From Candidatus Woesearchaeota archaeon (GTDB lineage: Archaea; Nanobdellota; Nanobdellia; Woesearchaeales; UBA525): 64,000 nt of DNA. The stretch covers positions 29,943-93,942 of the forward strand of contig JAPPOH010000005.1 of NCBI GenBank assembly GCA_028818155.1, read 5' to 3'. Under the pieces are notes generated by a model that was not told where the DNA came from, did no database searches, and saw only the letters and a list, made by a program, of their open reading frames with translations. Shown here in pieces: positions 1 through 11,800 of the stretch. How positions within the stretch are numbered: the first letter of the stretch is position 1; the number at the start of each line of letters is the position of its first letter. The position numbers were made by a program, and so were the translations under genes.

Positions 1-276
1 GAGCACGCGTGCGATGCTTGTTGCGTTCTCGAGCTCTTTTCGCTGTCTGAGGATGGCGTTAATTGCTCTGTATCTCTTGCTAAAATGCTTGACAAAATCT
101 TGCACCGTGTATTTTTTTGGTGCTTTCGTGTAGTTTTCAAGAATTTCTACTGTTCTTCGGGATTGTAGGAGAGCGAGGATTCGTTCTTTGTCGTTGAGTG
201 CTTCTGGCGGGACGAGAATATCTCGTTCAATGCACTTACTGACGAGTTGCTCTGTGGAGAGTTGTTCGTATGCCAT
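1..276 (-). CDS. polD1: DNA polymerase D small subunit (DP1), N-terminal part, truncated by window edge
   Basis: Hand translation from ATG at 276: MAYEQLSTEQLVSKCIERDILVPPEALNDKERILALLQSRRTVEILENYTKAPKKYTVQDFVKHFSKRYRAINAILRQRKELENATSIARVL, open to position 1. The 'VQDFVKHF..RY..I..IL..R.EL....SI' segment matches DP1 N-terminal regions, and cdc6-DP1 adjacency is common in archaea. Not in the ORF track. Confidence 0.7.
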   Translation of the reverse strand, partial: MAYEQLSTEQLVSKCIERDILVPPEALNDKERILALLQSRRTVEILENYTKAPKKYTVQDFVKHFSKRYRAINAILRQRKELENATSIARVL

Positions 277-305
277 TGCTTTTCCCTACTGATTGGTGTT
301 TCGGG

Positions 306-1565
306 CTAGTGGAACGCTTCGAGGCGTTCCTGTGCTGCTGCTTCGTTCGAAAAGACTGTGTTTGTCATGCCGAGTTCTGCTGCAACGATTTGTTTGACTT
401 TCGGGACGAGTCCTTCTGGCAGGCCGAGTGTGATCTCCCGCATTCTGCCGAATCGTCCCTTGCTAATAACTTTCGCGTTAATGATGCCGAGCATGTCCAT
501 CTCGGCGATTATATCTGAAATTCTTCGTTGTGTGAGTGTTCGCTGTCCTGTGTGTTGACAGACGCTCTTGTAGACTTCGAAGACATCGCCTGTGAAGACG
601 TTATCTCGCTTTTCGCATAAGAGTAACATTGCGTGAAGTGTTGCGTGAAATTGTTTTGGTTGTGTTTTGATAACATCGAGGATTCTGTCCCTGTCAATTT
701 TTTCTTCTGCGATGTCAATGTGTTGCACGGTGATGCGCTGGCTGCTCGCTCGCTCGGCGAGTTCACCTGCAACTCTCAGTAATTCCAGTGCTCTTCTTGC
801 GTCACCGTGTTCTCTCGCAGCGTATGCTGCGCATTTTGCGACGACGCCATCTGTTAGCGCAGTATTTTCGAATGCGTTCTGCGCTCTGTGTTCGAGAATT
901 TTTTGTAGTTGCGTTGCGTTGTATGGTGGAAACACAATCTCTTCTTCAGATAATGATGATTTCACTCTCGGGTCGAGCGTATTGCTGAAGATGAGATCGT
1001 TGCTAATACCGATAATACAGAGTTGTGCGTTCTTCAAATCTTGGTTGATCCTTGTGAGGTTGTAAATGATTTCATCGCCAACTTTTTTCACGAGTTGATC
1101 TATTTCATCAAGCACGAGGACGACGATTTGTCGCTGCTCGTCAACTGCGCGGAAGAAAATATTGTAGATTTCATCTGTTGGGAGTCCTGTGGAGGGGACT
1201 GCTTTCCCAAACATTCTTGCAAGCTCTGCGATGATCCTATACTCTGTGTCTGCGATTTTCTTTAATTTACAGTTTACATAGCATGTTTTGAGCGGGATAC
1301 CATTCTCTTCTGCTACTGATTCCATGCTTGTGAGGGTGTGCTTTACCGTCACTGTCTTACCAGAACCTGTTTTTCCGTAAATGAAGAGGTTGCTTGGGCG
1401 CTCTAAACGAAGCCCCGGAGCAAGGATTTTCGCGATGATGTTAATTTGTTCGTCTCTGTGCTGCAAGTCTGCTGGCATGTATGTGCTTTGTAGGACTGTT
1501 TTGTCTGTGAAAAGTGAGTCTGCTTTGATGTATTCTCTGAAAAATGTCGCTACTCCTTCTGTCAT
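306..1565 (-). CDS. cdc6: Orc1/Cdc6 replication initiator (AAA+ plus winged helix)
   Basis: Walker A GKTGSGKT, Walker B VLDEID, 'LDPRVKSSL', 'FPPYNATQL', 'GDARRALELLR', C-terminal 'SKGRFGRMREI'. Start set at ATG 1565 after a G-rich RBS. Confidence 0.97.
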   Translation of the reverse strand: MTEGVATFFREYIKADSLFTDKTVLQSTYMPADLQHRDEQINIIAKILAPGLRLERPSNLFIYGKTGSGKTVTVKHTLTSMESVAEENGIPLKTCYVNCKLKKIADTEYRIIAELARMFGKAVPSTGLPTDEIYNIFFRAVDEQRQIVVLVLDEIDQLVKKVGDEIIYNLTRINQDLKNAQLCIIGISNDLIFSNTLDPRVKSSLSEEEIVFPPYNATQLQKILEHRAQNAFENTALTDGVVAKCAAYAAREHGDARRALELLRVAGELAERASSQRITVQHIDIAEEKIDRDRILDVIKTQPKQFHATLHAMLLLCEKRDNVFTGDVFEVYKSVCQHTGQRTLTQRRISDIIAEMDMLGIINAKVISKGRFGRMREITLGLPEGLVPKVKQIVAAELGMTNTVFSNEAAAQERLEAFH

Positions 1566-1591
1566 GCAATTCCCCCAACCCTCTACGGTCT

Positions 1592-1905
1592 GTTCCAAGC
1601 GAAATGAAGGTCATTTATAAGTTCCATTGTACGCGAATGTGTATATTCGAGGATAGATGTTTCGAATTTCTGTGTTTGAGAAGCTACCCCTCCCCTTTGT
1701 TTCCTGTGGAAGTGTGTGCTTTCTGTCCCGTTCCTGTTTTTGTGTTCGAATCCCGGCGGGGGCATTTGCATTTTTTTGTGCTTTTTTTCCTTCCATATAT
1801 TATATTATAACTTTCTATATAGAAAAGAAAGAAGAAAGAAAGATGTGAGAGAAAAGAGAGGACGAGAAAACGCTTTGAAACATGTTGCAGAAGAAATGAG
1901 GGGGT
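1592..1905. promoter_or_regulatory. Replication origin oriC with ORB elements and AT-rich DUE
   Basis: Directly upstream of cdc6. ORB-like boxes: GTTCCAAGCGAAATGAAGGT (1592-1611, +), TTCCACAGGAAACAAAGGGGAGGGG (1687-1711, -) and GTTGCAGAAGAAATGAGGGGGT (1884-1905, +). AT-rich tract at about 1765-1845. Confidence 0.85.
1744..1764 (+). other. Isolated tRNA 3' fragment (T-loop to discriminator), att-like remnant
   Basis: G-TTCGAAT-CCCGG-CGGGGGC-A matches tRNA positions 53-73 in spacing and is followed by T-tracts. No 5' T-stem or acceptor 5' strand upstream. Confidence 0.6.
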
Positions 1906-1921
1906 GCGGATTCCAAAAGAA

Positions 1922-3649
1922 CTAACTCAACTCAGCGTGAAACACAATAGTTCCATTACAAACCCCAATATCGCTCACGTTCAGAGGAATCTGAACCTGC
2001 CAGTACGATGTGTTCATGGAAGGAGAGCCAAGCACCGTCTGCTTCGGTATAGAGAGGCGCAACTGCTGCAACGAACCAGACAACGCTTCCTTCTCAGAAT
2101 ACCCTGCAGTGATGTTCACAGCAAACCGCATGTGCTCAACAGAAACATTATCTGTCGCACACGAAAACGCATTGTTATCACCCAAACTACCACCATACCC
2201 GTACACAGTCACATTAATCTGCTGATTTCCAATATTTGAGACGTTCTGAGAAATATTCGCACTAATATCATTCCCTGAAAGATCGCCAAAGTTCATCAAC
2301 GTATCCGTCACATTCAACGCGTACAATGGATCAACGACAGCAGTATCAACAGCGGTTGCATTCAGCCCCTCCACATCATATGCAGTCACGTTACAGAGCC
2401 ACGTTCCATTCAGCGCAAAATATTGCACGTCAAATGTGCACGTGAAGTTCTTTTCATTACCAAAAGCAGCAACTTCCGAGCACGTACTGTTCGTATAGTG
2501 ATCATTTGCATCGTCTGGTGCACCAGGCGCAACACTATCGATGTGAAAAATCGAGCTCGCATTCACAATATTCGCCTCGCCATCAAGGTCAACAACAGAC
2601 GCGTTGCACTCGACAGTACGAACAGAACCAGCAGTTAAGACAATCGCACTCTCAACAGACACGTTCGGCTCAGGGTAATAGACCTCAAGTGTCAAGTTAA
2701 ACGTCAGAGAGGCACCTTCATTCCCTGATGTGTCTGTGCAGTTCACACTCCAATTATATGCGCCGTTTGACAACACAGTGGTGAAGTTTTGCACCACCCC
2801 CTTCGTCACAGAACTGCTCGTGAGGTTTACAGCTCCATTCAAGAGCAAGCTACAATTCCCAATGGAGGAAAAATCGGTCACGTTATACGTAAAGTTCACA
2901 AGATTACTCGTTTTGTTCAACGTGTTGTTTGCGGGCGCAACAAGCGTGACAACAGGCACCTCTTCATCAACAATCGTAATATTCTCTAACATATCCATAG
3001 TTTGCGCCTCAAGAATCGGACCTTCATTCTCACAAATACTGGTTGCAGTAATAGAAGAATACCCTAACACATACCCAAGCAGCGTGAAGTTCACAAGAAA
3101 ATTATCCCCACGAGTCAGCGTTGGAAACGCCCTCGTAAGGTTTCCTGCAGTTTCATTCAACACAGTGCCATTACCGAACGAAATCGAGACATTGCATGAG
3201 CCATCTGCGCCAAGCAGTGTCGCATTCACTGTTAAATTAAATTCCTGCGACCCATTGTAGCTCGTATTATCCAAAGGAGCAATAATACTAATGTTTAGCT
3301 CAGGATTCCTCGTCAGGTTAAGTGTGATGTTTATCTCAGTCGTGGAAGCGAGCGTTGCGTTCGTTAACCCATAGTGCGTCTCATTCCACGAGTACGCAGC
3401 CACAGCATCGCCGTCCGTCCCTGAAATCGTTGCGGAGTACGCACCACGGAATTGCGGCACAGGGGGAGCATTCACTGTCGTTTGAACAAACGTATTCTCG
3501 GTTGTGTCGTTCAGAAGGACAGGGAACCCATTCGCAACACCAGAGCCATTTGCATGGAAGACATATCCTTTGATATTGTGTGGTGTAGGAGGCGCAACGA
3601 CAGTCACACTCAAGAGAACAACCAAGAGAAAGAAGATCACCCGCTTCAT
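1922..3649 (-). CDS. Secreted Ig-like repeat surface glycoprotein (575 aa)
   Basis: Signal peptide MKRVIFFLLVVLLSVTVVA, Cys-paired Ig-like repeat 'YNWSVNCTD.SGN', many NxS/T sequons, no C-terminal TM. 4-bp overlap with the upstream gene. Confidence 0.9.
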   Translation of the reverse strand: MKRVIFFLLVVLLSVTVVAPPTPHNIKGYVFHANGSGVANGFPVLLNDTTENTFVQTTVNAPPVPQFRGAYSATISGTDGDAVAAYSWNETHYGLTNATLASTTEINITLNLTRNPELNISIIAPLDNTSYNGSQEFNLTVNATLLGADGSCNVSISFGNGTVLNETAGNLTRAFPTLTRGDNFLVNFTLLGYVLGYSSITATSICENEGPILEAQTMDMLENITIVDEEVPVVTLVAPANNTLNKTSNLVNFTYNVTDFSSIGNCSLLLNGAVNLTSSSVTKGVVQNFTTVLSNGAYNWSVNCTDTSGNEGASLTFNLTLEVYYPEPNVSVESAIVLTAGSVRTVECNASVVDLDGEANIVNASSIFHIDSVAPGAPDDANDHYTNSTCSEVAAFGNEKNFTCTFDVQYFALNGTWLCNVTAYDVEGLNATAVDTAVVDPLYALNVTDTLMNFGDLSGNDISANISQNVSNIGNQQINVTVYGYGGSLGDNNAFSCATDNVSVEHMRFAVNITAGYSEKEALSGSLQQLRLSIPKQTVLGSPSMNTSYWQVQIPLNVSDIGVCNGTIVFHAELS

Positions 3650-5874
3650 TGTATCCTCCTCCGCACGAACCGGACAGCCAGCGCAATAGTAATTATCAGC
3701 ACAAGCACCAATTCTATCGTTGTAGCCGTTCCTTCACCACCAACTACTTGCCCAGTAATCCCGAGCAAACCCCCTTTCACATGGAGTTCCACAGTCACAA
3801 GCGAGCTGTCAGCGACAAACTCAGTTGCACCAGAACGAAGCAAACCAGGAACAGCAACGGAGAATGCGTGCCCTTTCACATCATGCACGACAAACTCAAA
3901 TACATCACGTAAAGCCCCGCGCCCCGTTCTCGTCCGATACTGCTCACCAGTCTCAAGATCGGTGAGCACAATCGGCAAGTTTGCTCGCCCTCCAATTACC
4001 TTTCCTATGATCGTTACAGGTTCGGGCACAGCAATCACCGTCGGCTCTTGTGCTTTCGGCAGCGCATCTGCAGCAATAGCAAACAACCCAAGACCTCTGA
4101 CTGAAGAAACGAGTGTCGTTCCTTCAAGAGCAGTTCGTTGTACACGCCATTTTCCATCGTATCTGTACAAGGCAACATCTTCAATTGTAATATCGTGCTC
4201 CGCAAGCCACGACTGAGGCACACGGAAGGTGACCTCTGCCTTCTCAAGCCCTTCTATCGTACCATCTAACAACAAATGAAAGTACCCGTACACAAGCTGC
4301 TCCATCGGTTCATCAACGTCCACACGCGCCAAACGGATATCATCAGGAATAGTGTTTGCTCGCACAAAGAGCGCCTGAATGAACTCATTGAAACGGTATG
4401 TTCGCTCAAAGAGTCGTTCTTCTTCTGGCGGCAGAAACTCCTCAAAGTACTCGAGAATGCCACCACCGCCACCACTTTGTACAAATTTCTTGAATGAAAC
4501 AAGCTCAGCGGCAACAGTTTGCGTGACATTCACCGTACCATCACTCACAGCAACAATGAATGAAAATTCTTGTAGCACTGCAGGCTGATAGCGTATGAAC
4601 CCCGTCTCAGAAATGGTGAGTCCTGCTGGTCCGCTCACGAGAGCCATAGTAAGAGCATCCCCATCAGGATCTACAGGCAAGAATTGATAGAGGGCTACCT
4701 GCTCTAGGACAGGCATCTCAACACGAACGGGGACGATAGGCGGATCATTTACATTCTGCACGTGCAGCGCGTACTGTTGAGTCGCTACGAGAACACCATC
4801 GGAGACATTCACTGTGATGTTGTGCACACCCACAGCACCATTTTCAGGCACCCAAACAACAGTATCGCCAACCACATGCATGCCCGTTGGCCCAGAAACA
4901 GAAACAGTCAACGGATCGTCATCATAATCGATGGCAGCGATCGTGTACGCATACTCCACATCTTCTGTCGCGTTCACAGGAGGGGTGCTCAGAATAATAG
5001 GCATATCTGGTATGTTCTGCACCGTAAGCAAGAATGTTTGCGATGTTTCCAGCACACCATCACTCAAAGTCACATTCACTACATGCTCTCCAACATCATA
5101 TGGTCCGGGCGTCCATGATAGGAGTGAGTCAACAAGCGTCATGTTTGTAGGACCAGTGAATGAGATAGAGATTGGATCACCATCCAGATCCTCAGCCACA
5201 AGCGAATACGTCCATTCCACGTCCTGATCAACTGTCGTAGTAGGGATTGAGAGGAAGGTTGGCGCGTCATTCACATTCTGTACAGTGATCGTGAACGATT
5301 GTGTTGTCGATAAATTCCCATCCGTCGCTATATACGTAACAGCATGTGTCCCAACTTGGTGTGCAGTTGGCCGCCAAGCAATAACCCCCGTCGTCATATT
5401 AACAGTCATGCCTGTAGGACCAGCAAGCAACCCATGCTGTATGGGCTGTCCGTTCCATTCGTACGTGTCCACATAATATGCGTACTGCTGATCTTGCACG
5501 GCGTCTACATTCGGCGTGGAAAGAATCACAGGAGGCAAATCAGGCAACGTCATATTCAAGAAAAGATCAACATCATGATGAATACCTGTGAGAACAACAT
5601 CTCTTGAGCTACTATGCACGGGATTCGATGCAGTAATCCTGACAGTATGCCCATTATTCCACGATAACGCAACAGAATATCTCCCAGGACCACGATCCGC
5701 ATACACAGCAAGCACAGCACTCGTATTGAGATCTTCAAACACCACAGTCACGGCACGTGGCACAGGAGTAATCCCGTCCAAAGCATAGATATGACCATCA
5801 ATACCACGAGGAGGCTCTACTGCAGCCACGGACGTCAGCGCGAGCAACGCTACCAAAAGAACGAGCCGTTTCAT
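3646..5874 (-). CDS. Membrane-anchored surface protein with cadherin/He_PIG-like Ig repeats and a PGF-pre-PGF-like domain
   Basis: Signal peptide, four 'VQNVNDAP/D.DGD.L' cadherin-like repeats, Gly linker SGGGGG, 'EVTFRVPQSWL...VALYRYDGKW...GLGLFAIA' domain, 'GITGQVV' motif, then C-terminal TM and RRR tail. Confidence 0.88.
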   Translation of the reverse strand: MKRLVLLVALLALTSVAAVEPPRGIDGHIYALDGITPVPRAVTVVFEDLNTSAVLAVYADRGPGRYSVALSWNNGHTVRITASNPVHSSSRDVVLTGIHHDVDLFLNMTLPDLPPVILSTPNVDAVQDQQYAYYVDTYEWNGQPIQHGLLAGPTGMTVNMTTGVIAWRPTAHQVGTHAVTYIATDGNLSTTQSFTITVQNVNDAPTFLSIPTTTVDQDVEWTYSLVAEDLDGDPISISFTGPTNMTLVDSLLSWTPGPYDVGEHVVNVTLSDGVLETSQTFLLTVQNIPDMPIILSTPPVNATEDVEYAYTIAAIDYDDDPLTVSVSGPTGMHVVGDTVVWVPENGAVGVHNITVNVSDGVLVATQQYALHVQNVNDPPIVPVRVEMPVLEQVALYQFLPVDPDGDALTMALVSGPAGLTISETGFIRYQPAVLQEFSFIVAVSDGTVNVTQTVAAELVSFKKFVQSGGGGGILEYFEEFLPPEEERLFERTYRFNEFIQALFVRANTIPDDIRLARVDVDEPMEQLVYGYFHLLLDGTIEGLEKAEVTFRVPQSWLAEHDITIEDVALYRYDGKWRVQRTALEGTTLVSSVRGLGLFAIAADALPKAQEPTVIAVPEPVTIIGKVIGGRANLPIVLTDLETGEQYRTRTGRGALRDVFEFVVHDVKGHAFSVAVPGLLRSGATEFVADSSLVTVELHVKGGLLGITGQVVGGEGTATTIELVLVLIITIALAVRFVRRRIQ

Positions 5875-8800
5875 GTGAGCGGATCTGCTGTCCAGTTCAC
5901 CTCCTTCGTCGTGTCAAACACATATCCTCTCGTTGGATCAAGCGTCGTGAAATCAGGATTGTTCGCTGAAGGGAACCAACCCCATGGCACACCACCAATA
6001 TTGAAGTGAATCGTGACCTCAAACACATTCGTGTCTGAGTTAAAGCGGTCAATCGCCTGAATAGTATTATTTTCTGAAAGTACAAGCAGTGGCGGATCTG
6101 AATTCGTTGGAAGCGTCTGGTTCAGAACAGTGTGCCAGCTCATGAAGTTCAGACCACTCACTAAGCCAACACGTGTTGTTGTAACAGGCACAACACCAAA
6201 GAACGTATTATTGCATGTTGTGTTCGACTCAAACCAGTAGCTTGCAGTCATGTTCAGACTCGTGAAACCTTCCGATCCAGACGCCGGCGTGAAAACAGAC
6301 CCATTCCAATCTGTTCGCTCATAATCGGTGCTATTATAGCGCCATAGCGAAATCGCACATGCAGGCTCCGTCGAGAATGAGAAGCCGATATTCGTTGTAT
6401 TCTGGAGATCGAACCGTTCAGGAATGAGTGGGAAACTCACGAGACTCAAGTTCAAAGGAAGAACGGTCGTGTACTTCCCTCCTGCTTGCGTTCGCAGCGC
6501 AGTTACAGTGCTTCTAGCAGACTCCACCCAGTAGTACATCTGATCTGAAGACGTGGTGTGCGTATAATTCGTATCTGTAATGCCCGTCACGTTTGGCGTG
6601 CTAGGCCTGTCGCTGTAGTTCGACTGAATATACAGATTGTATGAATCAGCACCTAGAACAGCGCTCCAGTTTATCACAACATCTGTACTATTCCCGTACG
6701 TCGTGAGATTCACAGGAGATATCAAGTGGAAGAACTCGAAGAGTTCAGACGCGCCACTATTCCCCGCTTCATCAACACATGCGACGCTCCAATTCGCTAC
6801 ACCTTCTGTTGCAAGGGAAACATTCCGTATCGTCTCATTCCCTTCTGTGATGTTGATGCTTGTCTCATTCACAACACCATTGATCGTCAACGAACAGTTG
6901 AGGAAGTTCGCAAGGTTATCAGTCACTGTCCAGTTGAAGAGTACGGGACTCGAGGCGTTTGTGTCATTGCCTGGCGCATTGAGCGTTATTACTGGCACTG
7001 ACGCATCCACCCGAACAGTGTAGTTGAAGCTTGCAAAGGCAACATTGCTGAACGTGTCATTACACTCGATGTTCCAGAGAACATGACCGCTTGTAAATGA
7101 CGTATTAATTGTGTTATTTGCCTGATGTACAGGCGAACTATCACTCACATTTGCTGTCCAGCCGGATTCGTTGTGATACAAAGTGCAGGAATCGATGTTA
7201 ATATCATCAACGTAGTACGTAAACACAACAGCACTCCCGTTCCATGAATTATTTAGTGGGAGCTCTAGTGTTATATTCGGTGCAATCGTGTCAGGAACGA
7301 GTTCAAAGAATGTCGAGCCATTCCCATTATCAAGACCATCTCGCTCGCCAAGCGTTACTACGGAGTAATTTCCAAGCGGTTGCTGGAATGTCGCGTACGA
7401 AGTGATGGCTTCACCGAAAATATTCGTTTCATTCTCTGTTACTTGCTTCAAAATGTGTGTTGCCCCCGTTGCTGCTGTTGGCTCGTTCGACATATACATC
7501 CGAACACGAACATCATCTGTGTAGAACTCATTTCCACCGAAAATCTGGAATCGATCGAGAACAACAGAGTCGAATCCAGTATCAGTTCCACTGACGCTCG
7601 TGATGTACTCTCCTGTGTTATTGTACGCCGAGAAATTCATAAACGATGCGTTCTTCGTCATTACCCAAATATACCATGTGTTCGGTGCAAGCTGCACGCT
7701 ACTACCTGTAAGAACAGTATTCCCAACATAGCTGTTTCGATCTTCAATAATGTGCCCGGACGCAGTATCGAAGTCATCAAACCGAGGTCCATATCCATCT
7801 CCGTTCCCATCAACAATTCCATACCTGTTCGATGCTCCACCATTCTCATTAATCCTATTCGTTCTGAATCGTAGCTCATAATCGACAAGTGACTCTCGAA
7901 GCAACTTATATCCTCCGCCAGGGTCGCTGTTGAATGCCTTCCATGCAACATAATTGCCTCCTCCTTCATCGACAACCGCGATTCCTGTTGTCGTATGGTT
8001 CACCCATCCCTGTAGATCACCAGTTTGCATATCATCAAAGAGCATGAAAACATTGCTCGTGTTTTCTGGTGGATCTCCAGGAGTCATGTTCCCATAGTAG
8101 AGGAAGTAATGATCATCAAATTCACCTGCAGGAATGTCTTGTTGGAGAGTAAACCACAGTTCAGTATCGCTTGTGTTGAACGGACTTGCATTGTAACGGT
8201 CAATCTCTACTAGCGTAGCATTCGTGTCGTGATAATAGACAATACGTATATCAGATCCATTCGCAAGCATCAGAGGGTCACTCGTATTGACGGAGAGTTG
8301 AATGCTGTAGTTCTGCTCCACAATATGATCCGCATCGGTGTTCGTGATGTTAATGAGTTGTCTATGTGTATAGCTTTCATTCCACCAAGGAATGTCAGTG
8401 ACACTTGTGTTTGTATAGATGATGGCGGTTGTCGCGTTCGCTTGAATGGAATTGGCAAAGAGGTCTTTCGTAGAAATATTGATTTGCGCAACCTCTCCCT
8501 GCTCGTACGTAGAAGCTGTTGCTATTGTGACATTCAAATACGTGGTATCAAACACATTAAAACTGTGAAGAGCACTCGTCCCATTGTTTGATGTGTCATA
8601 GCATATAACTTGCCACGTGTAGTTTCCATCTTCCATTGAGAGTGCGAATGTTTCCGTTGTGTTCACTGTGATTGTCGTATCCGTCTGGTTCACAGTACCA
8701 TTAATCAGCAAGTCACAGCTAACAATCGCGCTCGTATCCGTCACGTTGTAGCTAAATACAACGCCAGAGGTACCCACAGTCGTGTCGTTCTGCGGAGATA

Positions 8801-11800
8801 TTAGGGATACAATAGGAGCGTTCGTGTCATTCACAATAATGTACCATGTTGTAATGCCTGCAGTATAGTTTTGTGTTTCATTGTAGATCGCACTAACATT
8901 GTACGTTCCAGGAACGGGGAATTGTGAAATGTTTTCAATAGGTGCACTGCCATTGTTGATTCGAGCACCGTTCACGTATAGTTCAAGCAGCCCACTCCCA
9001 GGATTAATGAGTCGCGCACTTATATTGGCAAACTGTCCTTCGTCTATCGTAAGATTTGCCTCGGAATCATTCAGGGTGAGGTTGACAAGTGCTTGTGACT
9101 GGACAACAACATATGTGTATTGTAATGTTTCATTCTCATTCCCAACACTATCATTCACGTACCACTTGTATACATACGTTCCAACAGCAAGGTCTGTGTA
9201 GTTGTATACGAAGATGCTCGCTCCCTGGTCTGTCGAGGAGTAATTCGCTAGCGTTCCTGTGAAGTTGTGTTCAATCAGGACAGTTTCTGGGAATGTATCA
9301 ACCACAGTGATATTGAACTGGTACTGCTGTCCTTGTACATACGTCGCCGGAGATGCAGGTGCTGTTGTATTATCTGTTGTGGATGGTATCGTTGTGTCAA
9401 TGTTTACTGTGTAGTTGAACTGCGCAAAGCTACTCCGATCCGCTAAGTCGTAACACAAAACATTCCAAAGATACGGTCCATCATCATACGTTATTGTAAA
9501 GTTGTTTGGAATGTTGTTATTTGGCGATGGATCAGACTCATTCACTGACCACCCAGTTGCATTGTGATACAACGTACAGTTTGCAAGGTTCACGTCATTG
9601 GGTGTGTAATTGAGCAACACTGATGAAGCAGTGCTGAAGGAATCATTCAATAGTGTGTTGAGTGTGACCACAGGATCCGTCAGATCGACGGTGAAGTTTC
9701 GCAACGAGGATGTGCCGAGCGCAAATGTGACGTTATCATAACATTGGACGCTCCAATTGTGTTTTGCTTCGGCGAAATCCGCAATGGTGAAGATATTATC
9801 TGCATTATTCGTGACTGTTGTGTTTGTCTGGTTAAGAATCCCATCAACAATGATGGAACAATTCTCAATTCCAGATGCGTCATTCACAGTATAGTTGAAT
9901 GTGATGTTGTTTGTATCAACGAAATCCTCCTCTACAGGATAGTTGAGCTGCACAATAGGGGGGTCAGTCTCATTGTCAACTTGCACAGTGATGTTATATT
10001 CGACAGAGACATTCGTGAACGCATTGGTGTCAGAACACTGAATGGACCAATTGTGTTCCCCATTCGCTACAAAACGCGTGATGTTCTGGGATGTTCCTTC
10101 AGTAATAGTTGTATCTGCTGCACCACTCTGTGTGCCATCAATGAGGACACTACAATTTGCAATATCTGTAGCCGCATCTGTTGTATTGAAGAAGAAGACA
10201 ATATTGTTCGTTGTTGTTTCGAGCGTGTTGTTCGCGGGACCTTCAAGATTTACAAGAGGGGGCGTTGTATCTATCCTCATCGTGAAGTTGTTTGTCGAGA
10301 ACCCACCATTCCCTTCTAAGTCGACACAGTAGACGTTCCAGAGTACATGTTCATCAGGCAACGCGACGGTGAAGTTGTTTGGAATCGCATTTGTTACCGT
10401 TGCATTTGTTTCATTTGCTGCCCAGCCAGACACATTATGGTAGAGCGTACAATTCGCAATAGCATCAAAGTCGGTCGGCGTGTAATTGAAGAAGACATCA
10501 CTTGTCAACACCCACGAATCGTTTGTTGGAAGATTCAATCCAACGACTGGAGGGGTTGTGTCAATGATTTGGAGTGTTTCATTTGTGTCATTTGTATTTC
10601 CTGCGTGATCTATTGCATATGCGAGCAGTGTCCAGTTCCCTTTCACAGAAAGATTTGTTGTTGTGAGTGTTTCATTGCTTGTGTACTGTGCAAAGAACGT
10701 CCCATTTGGATATGAGACATTCAAGTACGAAGTATTCAAGTACAAATCAGTCGCGATCCACCCAACGAACACACTCTCCACACCAAGCTCAGCAGGATTT
10801 GGTGTCGCGTTCGTAATATTCACGAACGGCGCGGTACCATCAACAATGAACTGTGAAGAATTTCTCGCGCTGAAGATACTGAACATCGTACTGACATTCA
10901 AGTCATATGGCCCGTCTATGAGTGGTGCACTAAACGTGTAATTGTATGATGCATTTCCATCCGTCCTCGTCGGCCGAAGCTCCTCAGTTAACTGTGCGAC
11001 AGTTGGGGCCCAGCTCACCCTGACTAATGGTAAAATTCCCTCACTTTCAATTGCCATGTACATGCCAGGCTCTGCAGTGTGTCCTCGTTCTCCATCTGAC
11101 TCATCCTCTTCTTCAGTGTGGAAACCAACAGTTGTTGTGTCAAGGAAACAAGTAGGCATCCATCCACCATCACCACCATCTCTCCTTGGGAAATCACCAA
11201 CAAGCACCGGTATTTGTGAGTAGACTTGCGCGAGTGCTGCTTCAAAGCACCCATCCCCATCATCAACACCTGTAATAATATCAGCGAACGAGGTTCCTTC
11301 ATACGGAACCCCCTCTATAGTTCCAGTTCCTGTCTCGCCAACAATAAAGCCATAGTCTTCAGGTTCGTGACCCTCAGAAGCAGGACATGCGCCTCCTTGG
11401 TCACAATATTGTCCCATTTCAAGCGCTATCTGCACACTCGAAGTGCCAACATTGTTGAAGTGGTTGTCTACCCAGAGCGAATCCTTGTAGGACATGATCT
11501 GCCCTGCAAGCACAGGCGTCGCACCAAACGTGTGATTGTAGTTGATCGTGCTGTACGTGGTTGGTGTGCTCGTACCAGAGCCAATCACTTGGGTTTCGTC
11601 ACGGATCAAGTGACCTTCGAAATCAAGTGTTCCGTCTCGTGTAACGAACTGCCCTTCTTCCATGATAAAAATCGAGATATTTCTGTTCGCAAAAGCGTTG
11701 CCACCAGGGTTCTGAAGACGTATCTGGAAACTCGTTGCACTGACATTCGTCATTCTAATGGATACTTCTTCTGGTGGCACAGCTGCCTCTTCTATCTGTC

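Noticed and set aside
1700..1764. Complete tRNA gene at oriC
   Set aside because: No D-arm, anticodon arm or 5' acceptor strand; kept only as a 3' fragment.
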